Below are positions 42,696 through 52,149 of a DNA stretch of 64,000 nucleotides, piece after piece. The notes under the pieces are model-generated. The model ran no database searches. It was not told the DNA's origin and saw nothing but the letters and a program-made list of their open reading frames with translations. Each line of letters starts with the position of its first letter. Position 1 is the first letter of the stretch. A program made the position numbers and the translations under genes. The stretch lies in NCBI GenBank assembly GCA_965199715.1, contig OZ241322.1:160001-224000 (forward strand), read 5' to 3'. This DNA is from Vicinamibacteria bacterium. Its GTDB lineage: Bacteria > Acidobacteriota > Vicinamibacteria > Marinacidobacterales > Marinacidobacteraceae.

Positions 42696-44351
42696 CTAGC
42701 GCAGCGAGGCGAGTCCGAGGCCAGCGGCCGCCGCGGCGGCGAGGAGCAGCGTCCAGCCGATGGCGTGGCGGAACGGGCGGGGCTCGCCGGCGATCCGCCG
42801 GGCGCCCTCGTGGAGCCGCCCGACGAGCCGCTCCCGGAGGTGCACGACGACGGGGGAGACGTTGCCGAGAACCGCGACCGTCGCGGCGCCGGCGGATCGC
42901 AACGGCTTGCGGTAGAGCCAGTCGGCGTCGAGGGTGACCTTCGGGGTCGGGGCGAGTTGCGGGAGCTTCCGGAAGAACAGGATCGCCGTCCCGACGAGGA
43001 TTCCGAGTCCGCCGACGACGTGATCCACGGTCCACGGCGCGTAGGTCGCGGGGAAGGGGAGGAGGCGGTAGAGAAGGCCCGGGAAGACGCCGTAGAGGAG
43101 GCAGAGCCCGGCGAGGATTCCCATGGCGGCGAGCATGTTCGTCGGCAGCGGGCGGGTCTTCACGCCCCGGTCGGGGCCGAAGAACGCGAACCAGGGGAGC
43201 TTCAGCCCCACCGAGAGGAAGGTGCCCACCGCTGCGAGGGTGAGCAGCAGCTCGGGCCAGAAGAGGTGCTCCTCGGCCGCCGCGCTCACGATCATGGACT
43301 TGCTGATGAAGCCGTTGAAGAGCGGAGCGCCGGAAATGGACAGCGCGCCGACGAGGTAGAGCGCGACCCCCCAGCGCATCCGCGACGCGGTCCCGCCGAG
43401 ATCGGTCAGCTTGTGGAGGCCGGTGGCCTCGATCGCGGCGCCCGCGCCCATGAAGAGCAGGGCCTTGTAGAGGATGTGCGAGTAGGCGTGGGCGACCGTC
43501 CCGTTCAGCGCGAGCGCGGTTCCGATTCCGACGCCGGCCACCATGTAGCCCACCTGGCTGACGATGTGGTAGCTCAGCAACCGGCGGAGGTCGTTCTCCA
43601 TGAGCGCGAAGATCGCCCCCCACAGCGACATCGCCACCCCGAGCGGGACGAGGACGCCCGTCTCGGGGAAGAAGCGGACGAGCGCGTACACCGCGGTCTT
43701 CGTGGTGCACGCCGAGAGGAAGACCGCGCCGGAGGTCGAGGCCTCGGGATAGGCGTCGGTGAGCCAGGCGTGGAGCGGGGGGACCGCGGCGTTGACCGCG
43801 ACCGCGGCGAGGATGAGCCAGAAGGCGGGGCCGTCCTGCGGGGGGCCGAACCCGGCGCCGCGCTGGAGGACGATCCCGAAGAACAGCAGCGCCCCGCCCG
43901 CCGCATGCACGAGGAAGTAGCGCATGCCCGCGGCGCGGGCGCCCGGGCCGCCGCGCCAGATGAGCGTCATCGACGTGATCGCCATGGCCTCCCAGAACAC
44001 GAAGAAGGTGATCCAGTCGCCCGCGAGCACGGTCGCCAGGGTGGCCCCGGCGTAGGCCATCGCGGCCGCGGTCTCGTGGCGCTGGAGCCGGTGCGCCCCG
44101 TAGAGGAGCCCGGCGACCGCGACGATCCCGAAGACCAGCGCGAAGACGCGGGAGAGTTCGTCCGCGTGGAGCCAGACGAGGTCGAAGCCGGCGACGCGCG
44201 TCTCGAGCGACATGGGAGCCAGTCGGACGACGGCGAGAAGGCTGGCGGCTGCGAAGGCGAGCCCGATCCGGGCGGGACCGAACCGGTTCCCGAACAGCAG
44301 CGCGGCGGCCGCCCCGGCGAACAGCCAGACGGACGGGTGCGAGAGGATCAC
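42696..44351 (-). CDS. Mrp/Mnh antiporter subunit D-like (NuoL/M/N superfamily)
   Basis: GTG start; FWEAMA, PLHAWLTDAYPEA, TTK, LSYHIVSQVGYM, HILYKALLFM and GAPLFNGFISK. Confidence 0.85.
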   Translation of the reverse strand: MILSHPSVWLFAGAAAALLFGNRFGPARIGLAFAAASLLAVVRLAPMSLETRVAGFDLVWLHADELSRVFALVFGIVAVAGLLYGAHRLQRHETAAAMAYAGATLATVLAGDWITFFVFWEAMAITSMTLIWRGGPGARAAGMRYFLVHAAGGALLFFGIVLQRGAGFGPPQDGPAFWLILAAVAVNAAVPPLHAWLTDAYPEASTSGAVFLSACTTKTAVYALVRFFPETGVLVPLGVAMSLWGAIFALMENDLRRLLSYHIVSQVGYMVAGVGIGTALALNGTVAHAYSHILYKALLFMGAGAAIEATGLHKLTDLGGTASRMRWGVALYLVGALSISGAPLFNGFISKSMIVSAAAEEHLFWPELLLTLAAVGTFLSVGLKLPWFAFFGPDRGVKTRPLPTNMLAAMGILAGLCLLYGVFPGLLYRLLPFPATYAPWTVDHVVGGLGILVGTAILFFRKLPQLAPTPKVTLDADWLYRKPLRSAGAATVAVLGNVSPVVVHLRERLVGRLHEGARRIAGEPRPFRHAIGWTLLLAAAAAAGLGLASLR

Positions 44352-44557
44352 CGGTAGTAGTCCTCGGACCGCGCCAGAAGTCGCTTCAGGAAGCGGGGGC
44401 CGACGAGGACGAGAAGCGCCGCGCCGGCGACCCCGACGATCGCGTCCGAAAGCGGAATCGAGTTCCACCACGCGCCGTGCGGGTGGTAGCCGCCGAAGAG
44501 GTTCCATGCGTCGGCGGCGCCGAGCAGGAGGACCGCGACGACCGCGAGGCGCTTCAT
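44348..44557 (-). CDS. Small two-TM membrane protein within the Mrp cluster
   Basis: 69 aa, MKRLAVVAVLLLG...LLARSEDYYR; start and stop overlap both neighbours. Confidence 0.7.
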   Translation of the reverse strand: MKRLAVVAVLLLGAADAWNLFGGYHPHGAWWNSIPLSDAIVGVAGAALLVLVGPRFLKRLLARSEDYYR

Positions 44558-46050
44558 CGCGCGCCTCCCGCGAGCGTCGCCGGGACCGACTCGACGACGG
44601 ACGCCGCGGCTTCGGCGGCGAGGGACCAGAAGCCGACCCCGAAGTCGGGGAACAGCCCGAGCGCCACCGCGACGGCGGCGGTGGCCGCGGGCGGTCCCGC
44701 GAGCAGCCACGAGGCCTTGCGGAACTGCGTCCGCGATGGTTCGTCGAACCATGCGGCGCGCAGGATCGGGATGTAGTACGCGAAGTTCAGGAGGCCGCTG
44801 AGCAGCAGCACAGCCACGACCCACCACTGGCCTTCGGCGAGTCCGCCGAGCGCGAGGTTCCACTTGGAGAGGAATCCGGGCAGGAGCGGCGCTCCGCCCA
44901 TGCCGATCGCGCCGACGGAGAACGCGGCGAAGGTGACCGGCATGGCCGGGCCGAGGCCCCGGAGATCGCGGATCCGCTCGATGCCGTTCGCCGCGTAGAT
45001 GGAGCCGGCGCAGAAGAACAGGGTGATCTTCATGAAGCCGTGGGCGGCCACGTGAAAGATCGCGCCGGCGAGCGCGAGCGGCGAGCCGATGGCCGCGCCG
45101 AGCACGATGTAGCTGAGCTGGCTCACCGTGGACCACGCGAGCCGCCGCTTCAGGTGGTCCTCGCCGAGCGCCCGGAGCGACGCGAAGACGATGGTCAGCG
45201 CGGCGAGCAGCGCGAGCGGCAGCGCGACCCCGAGGTCGCGCATCAGCTCGGGGCCGAAGGTCCAGCCGGTCACGCGGAGCACGCCGAACGCGCCCGCCTT
45301 GACGACCGCGACCGCGTGCAGCAGCGCGCTCACCGGCGTCGGCGCGACCATGGCGCGGGGCAGCCAGGCGTGGAGCGGCAGGATCGCGGCCTTGGCGCCG
45401 ACGCCGACGAGGAAGAGGAGGAACAGGATGCGCAGCGCCGGGTCGCTCGCCGCGCCGGCGAGGAACCCGCCCGGCGTGAAGCTCGCGCCGGGAACGAGCG
45501 AGCCGGTCCAGACCACCGCGGCGAGGAGAAGCTGCCCGGCCAGCAGCGTGTAGAACAGGTAGGAGCGAGCCGAGGAGAGCACGCCCGGGGCGTCGCGCCG
45601 GTGGGTCACGAGCGGCCAGGTGGAGACGGTGAGGATCTCGTAGAAGATCAGGAAGGTCAGCGGGTTGGCGGCGAGCGCGATCCCCGCTGCCGAGGCCACG
45701 GCCACGGCGAACGCGGCGTAGTAGCCGGTCTGGTGGCGCTGCTTCGTGGCGCGGAGGTAGCCCATCGAGTACGGATGGGCGGCCAGCCAGAGCAGCGAGG
45801 CGAGCGTCAGGAAGACGAGCCCGAGCGGATCGGCGCGCAACTGGAGCGGCGCGCCCGGAAGGAGCGGGATCGCCGGGGTGACCAGCGTCCCTTCCTGGGC
45901 GAGCATCCACAGCGCCGTCGCGAGCTGGAGCCCGGCGGCGAGGAAGGACCAGGCCTCCCGGAGGTTCGGGCGGCGGCCGAAGAGCAGGATCGGGACGACC
46001 GCGAGGAGCCCGGGAAGCACCGCGAGGAACGGCGCGAGCGAAACGGTCAC
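44554..46050 (-). CDS. Mrp/Mnh antiporter subunit D-like
   Basis: FYEIL, PLHAWLPRAMVAPTPVSALLHAVAVVKAG, LKRRLAWSTVSQL and HGFMKITLF. Confidence 0.88.
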   Translation of the reverse strand: MTVSLAPFLAVLPGLLAVVPILLFGRRPNLREAWSFLAAGLQLATALWMLAQEGTLVTPAIPLLPGAPLQLRADPLGLVFLTLASLLWLAAHPYSMGYLRATKQRHQTGYYAAFAVAVASAAGIALAANPLTFLIFYEILTVSTWPLVTHRRDAPGVLSSARSYLFYTLLAGQLLLAAVVWTGSLVPGASFTPGGFLAGAASDPALRILFLLFLVGVGAKAAILPLHAWLPRAMVAPTPVSALLHAVAVVKAGAFGVLRVTGWTFGPELMRDLGVALPLALLAALTIVFASLRALGEDHLKRRLAWSTVSQLSYIVLGAAIGSPLALAGAIFHVAAHGFMKITLFFCAGSIYAANGIERIRDLRGLGPAMPVTFAAFSVGAIGMGGAPLLPGFLSKWNLALGGLAEGQWWVVAVLLLSGLLNFAYYIPILRAAWFDEPSRTQFRKASWLLAGPPAATAAVAVALGLFPDFGVGFWSLAAEAAASVVESVPATLAGGAR

Positions 46051-47462
46051 GGCGGCCAGCTTCCGGCGAAGAATCCGACGGTGAGGGTCAGGACGGCGAG
46101 AAACGTCAGGCCGAAACTTATGGAGAGGGGCAGCGTCGCCGGCGCGTCGGACGCCGGCTTGCGGAACCAGATCGCCTCGAGGAGCCGCAGGAAATAGACG
46201 GCGCTGAGGACGCTGGAGACGAGCAGCGCGGCGAAGGCGAAGGCGTTCGTCTCCCAGGCCGCCGCCAGCAGCAGGTACTTCGAAAAGAACCCGGCGGCGG
46301 GCGGCAGCCCGATCAGCGAGAGCGCGGCGACGCTCAGCGCGACCGCTTCGAGCGGCGCGCGGGCGCCGAACCCCGCCCAGTCGCGGATCGTTCCCAGCCC
46401 GTGCTCGAAGCGGGCGCTTCCGGCCCCGAAGAAGAGCGCCCCCTTGGCGAGGGCGTGGGCGATCATGTGCGCGGTCGCGCCGGCGATCGCGAGCTCGGAG
46501 CCGATCGCGATCCCCAGCAGGATCGTTCCCATCGCCCCGACGCTGGACCAGGCCAGCATCCGGACCACGTCGGTCTGGGCGACGGCGAGCGCCCCGCCGA
46601 CGAGCGCGCCGGCGATTCCGAGCCAGAGCGCCACGTCGAGCGCCAGCGCCGCGGCCTCGGTCTCCGCCGCGACTTCGCCGACGACCCGCAGGATCGCGAA
46701 GGCGCTCACCTTGGCCATGACCGCGGCGATGAATCCGGCGGCTGCGGGAGGCATGTGCGCGTAGGTGTCCGGGAGCCAGCCGTGAAGCGGGAAGAGCGCC
46801 GCCTTGAGCGCCAGTCCGGTCGCGATCAGCGCGACGCCGACGGCGACCGCGGGGCCGCTTTCGGCGGGGAGCGCGCCGAGCCGCCCGGTGAGGTCGTCCA
46901 TGTTCAGCGTGCCGGTGACCGCGTAGAGGAATCCGATACCGAGGAGGTAGAGCGAGCCCCCGGCGGTGCCGACGAGGAGATAGCGGAACGAGGCGATCGC
47001 CGCCCGCCGGCCGCCGCCGGCGATGAGCGCGTAGGCGGCGAGCGACGAGATCTCGAGAAAGACGAACAGGTTGAAGAGGTCCCGCGTCGCGACGATGCCG
47101 ACGAGTCCGGAAAGCAGGAGCATCACCGCGGCGTAGAGGAGGCCCTCGCGGGTGCGCGAGGTCTTGCCGACCTCGAGCGGGCTGGCGGCGGCGGCGCGGG
47201 TCGCCATGAACGAGATGAGCAGGATCAGCAGGACGCTCAGCGGGTCGAGTTGGATCTCGATCCCCCACGGGCCGGGCCAGCCGCCCATCGCGTAGCGGAT
47301 CGGCCCCTCGCGGAGGACGTGGAGCAACAACCGGAGCGCGATCAACGTGTGGGCCGCGACGAGGCCGAGCGTGACCGGGCGGGCGGCGCGGCCGAGGAGC
47401 GGAACGAGCGCCGCGGCGCCGAGCGGCAGCGCGATGAGGGCGCCGCTCAGGACTTCGGTCAC
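46047..47462 (-). CDS. mrpD: Mrp/Mnh antiporter subunit D
   Basis: GGWPGPWGIE, DLFNLFVFLEI, KAALFPLHGWLPD, HALAKGALF and GLPPAAGFFSK. Confidence 0.85.
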   Translation of the reverse strand: MTEVLSGALIALPLGAAALVPLLGRAARPVTLGLVAAHTLIALRLLLHVLREGPIRYAMGGWPGPWGIEIQLDPLSVLLILLISFMATRAAAASPLEVGKTSRTREGLLYAAVMLLLSGLVGIVATRDLFNLFVFLEISSLAAYALIAGGGRRAAIASFRYLLVGTAGGSLYLLGIGFLYAVTGTLNMDDLTGRLGALPAESGPAVAVGVALIATGLALKAALFPLHGWLPDTYAHMPPAAAGFIAAVMAKVSAFAILRVVGEVAAETEAAALALDVALWLGIAGALVGGALAVAQTDVVRMLAWSSVGAMGTILLGIAIGSELAIAGATAHMIAHALAKGALFFGAGSARFEHGLGTIRDWAGFGARAPLEAVALSVAALSLIGLPPAAGFFSKYLLLAAAWETNAFAFAALLVSSVLSAVYFLRLLEAIWFRKPASDAPATLPLSISFGLTFLAVLTLTVGFFAGSWPP

Positions 47463-47788
47463 AGGAGTTCTTCCTCGTCGAGCGAGCCCTCGGAGCCGCG
47501 GATGCGGATGAGCAGCGCGAGCGCGAGGCCGGTCGTGGCCACCGAGACCACGATCGCGGTGAGCATGAGCGTGTGCGGCAGCGGGTTCATGAAGGCCGCC
47601 GCCGCGACGGCGCCCTCCTCCGCCCCGACGATGGGAACCCGCGCGCTCTCCTTCCAGCCGAGCGCCACGTAGAACGCCATCACCGCCACTTGCATCACGT
47701 TCATCGCGAGGAGCTTGCGTAGCAGGTTCGGGACGAGCGCCATCCCGGCGAGGCCGACGACAAAGAGAGTCACCGCGAGCGCGTACAC
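47459..47788 (-). CDS. mrpC: Mrp/Mnh antiporter subunit C
   Basis: GTG after GGAG; NLLRKLLA and NPLPHTLMLTAIVVS motifs. Confidence 0.85.
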   Translation of the reverse strand: MYALAVTLFVVGLAGMALVPNLLRKLLAMNVMQVAVMAFYVALGWKESARVPIVGAEEGAVAAAAFMNPLPHTLMLTAIVVSVATTGLALALLIRIRGSEGSLDEEELL

Positions 47789-47793
47789 CGGCG

Positions 47794-48516
47794 CTACTCC
47801 CGGACTCCGGCGCTGATCGTGTGGAAGAGCGCGACGACCGTGCCGGCGACGGCGACGAAGACGGCCGTCTCGATCAGCAGCGTGGCCAGCTCGCGGATCG
47901 CCGCCGGCTCCGAGCCGAACGGCAGGACGCCGTAGTCGAGGAACGCCCCGCCGAACGCGATGCAGGCGACGCCGATCCCGACGTACCCGGCGAGCCCGAG
48001 GCACGCCATGGCGAAGGAGGTCTTGAGGCCCGGCCCGAAGCCGCCGCCTCGAACGAGCCGCATCGCGATCAGCCCCGACCCGAACAGCACGCCCCCCTGA
48101 AAGCCCCCGCCGGGGCTCACGTGGCCGTGGATGAGGACGTATGTTGCGAACAGCAGAATCCACGGAACGAGCGCGCGGGTCGCGGCGTCGAGCACGTCGC
48201 TGCCGAACGGGTGGGCGAGGGCCGGGCCGTCGCGCTCGCCGTTCCCGCCGAACGCGCCGAGGACGAGGAGGCAGCCGAGCCCCGCCGCGAAGATGACCGC
48301 GGTTTCGCCCAGCGTGTCGTAGCTGCGGTAGTCGGCGAGAACCGCGGTGACCATGTTCAGGGCGCCGGTCTCCGCCCGGGCGTCCTCGATGAAGCGCGGC
48401 GATACATGGGTCGCGGCCGGGGACTCCGGGTCGCCGAACTCGGGCAGGGCGCCGGCCCCGGCGAGCAGGCCGACGAGCAGGCCGCCCGACGCGAGCCCGA
48501 CGAGGAGCCGGCGCAT
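47794..48516 (-). CDS. mrpB: Mrp/Mnh antiporter subunit B
   Basis: NMVTAVLADYRSYDTLGE and HGHVSPGGGFQGG motifs. Confidence 0.88.
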   Translation of the reverse strand: MRRLLVGLASGGLLVGLLAGAGALPEFGDPESPAATHVSPRFIEDARAETGALNMVTAVLADYRSYDTLGETAVIFAAGLGCLLVLGAFGGNGERDGPALAHPFGSDVLDAATRALVPWILLFATYVLIHGHVSPGGGFQGGVLFGSGLIAMRLVRGGGFGPGLKTSFAMACLGLAGYVGIGVACIAFGGAFLDYGVLPFGSEPAAIRELATLLIETAVFVAVAGTVVALFHTISAGVRE

Positions 48517-48517
48517 C

Positions 48518-48760
48518 TCAGTCGAACCACCGCGACGTGCGGAACGCCACCGAGACCAGCAGGATGGCGCTGAGCGCGCCGCCGACCGACGCCTCGGTGA
48601 AGGCCACGTCCACGGCCCCCAGCAGCGCGAACCACGTCGCCGCGGCGAAGCTGAACACGCCGAAGAGCGCGGCGGCGGCGAGCACGTCCTTGACCAGCAG
48701 CGACGCGATCGCGACGAGGATCATCACCGCGAGCAGGCCCGTGGCGACCAGCGCGGTCAT
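48518..48760 (-). CDS. Stand-alone DUF4040/MrpA C-terminal-like subunit
   Basis: 80 aa, three TMs, AVDVAFTEASVG motif. Confidence 0.8.
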   Translation of the reverse strand: MTALVATGLLAVMILVAIASLLVKDVLAAAALFGVFSFAAATWFALLGAVDVAFTEASVGGALSAILLVSVAFRTSRWFD

Positions 48761-49062
48761 TCGGGCCGCTCGTCGCCGCTGCGCAGCCGGGCGCGCCCGA
48801 GCGCGTGGGTGGCGGTCGGGGTGGCGATGGCCACGAAGACCGCGATGAGCGCGTAGCGGGCGGCGATCGCCCAGTCCTCCGAGAGGATCGCGAGGCCGAT
48901 CAGCGTGAACCCGAGCCCGACCGTCTCGCACTTGGAGATCGCGTGCAGGCGGGTGAAGAAGTCGGGGAGGCGCAGCACGCCCACCACGGTGGCGAGGATG
49001 AAGACCAGTCCGGCCGCCATCATGGCGGCGGCGACGAGTTCGCGGGGACCGAGATCGCTCAT
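48757..49062 (-). CDS. mrpG: Mrp/Mnh antiporter subunit G
   Basis: GVLRLPDFFTRLHA.K..T.G and TPTATHALGRA motifs. Confidence 0.88.
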   Translation of the reverse strand: MSDLGPRELVAAAMMAAGLVFILATVVGVLRLPDFFTRLHAISKCETVGLGFTLIGLAILSEDWAIAARYALIAVFVAIATPTATHALGRARLRSGDERPE

Positions 49063-49319
49063 GCGGCGCGGTCGAAGTACTTCGCGAAGATCAGCGTCCC
49101 GAGGAACCCGATCAGGGCGTAGGCGAGCGCGATGTCCACGAACATCTCCGGGGTTCCGGAGAGCTCGCCGGCGACGAGCAGCAGGATGAGCGTCTTGGCG
49201 GCGATCGGGGCGAGGCCGGTGAGCCGGTCCCACAGCGTCGGCCCGCGCAGCACGCGTACGAGCGCTCCCAGGATCGCGAGGAACACGCACCCGGCGAAGA
49301 GCGCGAGGATGACGTCCAT
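49059..49319 (-). CDS. mrpF: Mrp/Mnh antiporter subunit F
   Basis: RVLRGPTLWDR and DIALAYALIGFLGT motifs. Confidence 0.88.
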   Translation of the reverse strand: MDVILALFAGCVFLAILGALVRVLRGPTLWDRLTGLAPIAAKTLILLLVAGELSGTPEMFVDIALAYALIGFLGTLIFAKYFDRAA

Positions 49320-49321
49320 CT

Positions 49322-49768
49322 TCAGCGGTAGAGGCGGGCCATTCGGGATCGCAGCGCCTGGCTGGGCTCGTCGCCCTCGAGCGCGTGGACGGCCAGCTCG
49401 CCGTCCTCCGAGTCGAGCGTGACGGTGCCCGGCGTGAGCGTGATCGAGTGGGCCAGCACCGCGCGGGCGGGCGCGTGGGGGAGCCCGTCCCGGAAGCGGC
49501 GGATCGCGGGGGAGATGCGCAGCGTCGGGGAGAGCACGATCCGCGCCACCCGCGCCGCCGAGAGGAGGATCGCGAAGACGAGCCACGCGAGGAAGGGAAT
49601 CCACCGGGGGCCGACGCCGAGCCCGGGCCGGTCGCGGAAGACCGCGCGGGTTCCGATGGCGATTCCGATCGCCGCCGCCGCCCCGGCGCCCAGATGGAAG
49701 CCGTCGGTCAGGCCCGACAGCAGGAACCAGAAACCGAAGAGGCCGGCTGCGAGGACGCCGCTCCGCAT
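49322..49768 (-). CDS. mrpE: Mrp/Mnh antiporter subunit E
   Basis: FWFLLSG, LAHSITLTPGT and VHAL motifs. Confidence 0.88.
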   Translation of the reverse strand: MRSGVLAAGLFGFWFLLSGLTDGFHLGAGAAAAIGIAIGTRAVFRDRPGLGVGPRWIPFLAWLVFAILLSAARVARIVLSPTLRISPAIRRFRDGLPHAPARAVLAHSITLTPGTVTLDSEDGELAVHALEGDEPSQALRSRMARLYR

Positions 49769-49776
49769 GCCCCGGG

Positions 49777-50457
49777 TCAGCGGTAGAAGTTGACGCCGAC
49801 CAGGAACTGCTGGGTCCGGAAGCCGAAGTCGCTGCCCGACCAGATCCGGTACTCGGCCCGCGCCGAAAGGTAGGAGAGCACGTACACCTCGAACCCGGCG
49901 CCCACATGCGCGGTGAGCTTGTGGGAGGTCTCGTCGAGCCCGATCTCCACCCCGATGGGAATCCGGACTCCGGTCGGGGCTTCCGGATCGGCGTCGGGAT
50001 CGGGCTCCTCGTACATGTAGTCCTCGCGGACCTCGTCGCGGCGCACCACGCCGGCGCCGGCGAGGACATACAACTGGAACGGCTGGCGGCGGCCCAAGTG
50101 GTACACGACCGACCCGTCGAGGTGGTACCGGTTCGTCCGGTACTGGTACGCGGGAACCGCCAACACGTCCTCCACCGGCTCGTCTTTCTCGGTGTAGCGG
50201 CGGTTCGACCGCCCGAAGTGCAGCCCGGCCTCGAGGCTGAAGTTGTCGTTGAAGCGGAACGCGGCGCCCCCGCCGAGCCCGAAGCCGCGGCTCAGGTTGA
50301 GATTCTCGTGCGCCATCAACTGCGCCCCGGCTCCGGCGGCGAGGCGGAAGAGGTGCCCCTGCGCGCCGGCCGGCGCGGCCGCGAGCGCGGCGAGGAACGC
50401 TCCCAGAATCCCGGCCCGGAGAAGGGCGCGGGCGCGGGGATCGGGTTCCGGCGGCAC
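49777..50457 (-). CDS. Outer-membrane beta-barrel (OmpA-like membrane domain) protein
   Basis: Signal peptide ending AGA; alternating amphipathic strands; C-terminal FLVGVNFYR. Confidence 0.7.
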   Translation of the reverse strand: MPPEPDPRARALLRAGILGAFLAALAAAPAGAQGHLFRLAAGAGAQLMAHENLNLSRGFGLGGGAAFRFNDNFSLEAGLHFGRSNRRYTEKDEPVEDVLAVPAYQYRTNRYHLDGSVVYHLGRRQPFQLYVLAGAGVVRRDEVREDYMYEEPDPDADPEAPTGVRIPIGVEIGLDETSHKLTAHVGAGFEVYVLSYLSARAEYRIWSGSDFGFRTQQFLVGVNFYR

Positions 50458-50493
50458 GTCGGGGGCATCCTACTTCACTACCATGCGGCCCCG

Positions 50494-52149
50494 ATGAGCG
50501 GGAACGGGTCTCCGGGGGAGATGGACCGGGCCCTCGTGCGCCGCGCCGGAGCGTCCACGCTGGGGGTCGTCGTCTCGCGGTTCACCGGCCTTTTCCGGGA
50601 GCAGGTTCTGGCCTCGCTCTTCCCGACGCGGGTCCTCGACGCCTTCGTCGCGGCGTTCCGGCTGCCGAACGCGCTGCGCGAGATGCTCGCCGAGGGCGCG
50701 CTCTCGAAGGCGTTCCTGACGGTCTTCGCGCAATTGGAGGAGCGCGGCGGGCGGAAGGAGGCCGACCGGCTCCTCGCGCTCACGCTGCGGACGCTCGTCC
50801 CGGTCGTGACGCTCGTCGTCGCCCTGGGAATCGTCTTCGCGCCGCAGCTCGTCGCGCTCGTCTTCCGGGGAGGCGCGATGTCGGCGCCGCCGCCGGGACC
50901 GTTCGCCGGGGGCTTCGCCACGATGGGCGATCTCGCCGTCTGGCTGACGCGGATGATGTTCCCGTTCCTGTTCTTCATCTCGCTCGCCGCGCTGTACACC
51001 GGCGGGCTGCAGGCGCGGCGCCGGTTCTTCCTTCCCGCCGTGGCGTCGGCGTTCTTCAACCTCGCGACGATCGCCGGGGCGCTTCTCGGCGCGTATCTCG
51101 GGCCGCATCTGGGCCTGCATCCCATGGCGGGGCTGGCGCTTGGGATTCCGCTCGGCGGACTCGTCCAGTTGGGGGCGCAGTGGCGGACGTACCGGCGTTC
51201 GGCGGTCCGCGTCCGGCTTTCGGGGATCCGGGAGTTCGACGATCCGGGCCTCAAGAAGGTGGGGAGGCTCTTCCTGCCGGTGGCGCTGTCTTCGGGCAGC
51301 CTCCAGATCCACGTGCTCATCTCCAGCTACTTCCAGTCGATGGGAACCTCGTGGCTCACCTGGACCTACCAGGGCTACCGGATCGCGCAGTTCCCGTCGG
51401 CGCTCGTCGGGGTGGCGCTCTCGCACGCCGGCCTGCCCGAGCTCAGCCGCGCGGCGGCGCGGGGCGACCGGGACCGGTTCCTCGCGATCCTGGTCCGCTC
51501 GGGACGGCTGCTCATGATCCTGGGTCTCGCGAGCGCCGCCGGGCTCGCCGCGATCGCCGAGCCGCTCGTCGCCGCGATCTACGAGCACGGCGTCTTCCGC
51601 ACGGAGGACACCCAGGCGGTGGCCACGGTCATCCGGGTCTATGCGCTGGGGCTGCCGGCGTTCGGCGCGGTCAAGATCCTCACCGACGGCTTCTTCGCGC
51701 TGGGGACGACCCGCCCGCCGCTCATGGTCACGCTGGGCGGGATCGGCGTCCTGTGGCTCGTGACCGACTTCGCGGTGGAGGGGCTGGGCTACGCCGGGAT
51801 TCCGCTGGGGACCGCGGCAGTCGCCTGGGCCTCGGCGGGGGCGCTCTTCGGGCTGCTCGCCGGGCGGCTCGGCCGGGACGGCGCGAACCGGCCCCGCTCC
51901 CGCGCGCTCGCGTCCGCCGTCGCCGACGCGGCGCTGCGGGGCCTCGTCACGGCCGGGCTCGCCGGGGTCCCGGCGTGGCTCGTCGCGTCGAACGTGGAGA
52001 CGGGCGGCGCGCTCCTCGCCGAGGTCGCAGTCACCGGAGTCGCGACGCTCGCCGGGTTGGCCGGGTTCGCGCTCGGGGCGCGGCGGCTCGTTCCGGTCGA
52101 GTACGCGCTGCTTCGGGACGCGCTCGGGCGCTTCGTCCGGCGGCGATGA
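50494..52149 (+). CDS. murJ: Lipid II flippase MurJ (MviN)
   Basis: SRFTGLFRE, DAFVAAFRLPN..R.MLAEGA and RIAQFP..LVGVAL...LP.LSR motifs. Alternative start at 50521. Confidence 0.9.
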   Translation: MSGNGSPGEMDRALVRRAGASTLGVVVSRFTGLFREQVLASLFPTRVLDAFVAAFRLPNALREMLAEGALSKAFLTVFAQLEERGGRKEADRLLALTLRTLVPVVTLVVALGIVFAPQLVALVFRGGAMSAPPPGPFAGGFATMGDLAVWLTRMMFPFLFFISLAALYTGGLQARRRFFLPAVASAFFNLATIAGALLGAYLGPHLGLHPMAGLALGIPLGGLVQLGAQWRTYRRSAVRVRLSGIREFDDPGLKKVGRLFLPVALSSGSLQIHVLISSYFQSMGTSWLTWTYQGYRIAQFPSALVGVALSHAGLPELSRAAARGDRDRFLAILVRSGRLLMILGLASAAGLAAIAEPLVAAIYEHGVFRTEDTQAVATVIRVYALGLPAFGAVKILTDGFFALGTTRPPLMVTLGGIGVLWLVTDFAVEGLGYAGIPLGTAAVAWASAGALFGLLAGRLGRDGANRPRSRALASAVADAALRGLVTAGLAGVPAWLVASNVETGGALLAEVAVTGVATLAGLAGFALGARRLVPVEYALLRDALGRFVRRR

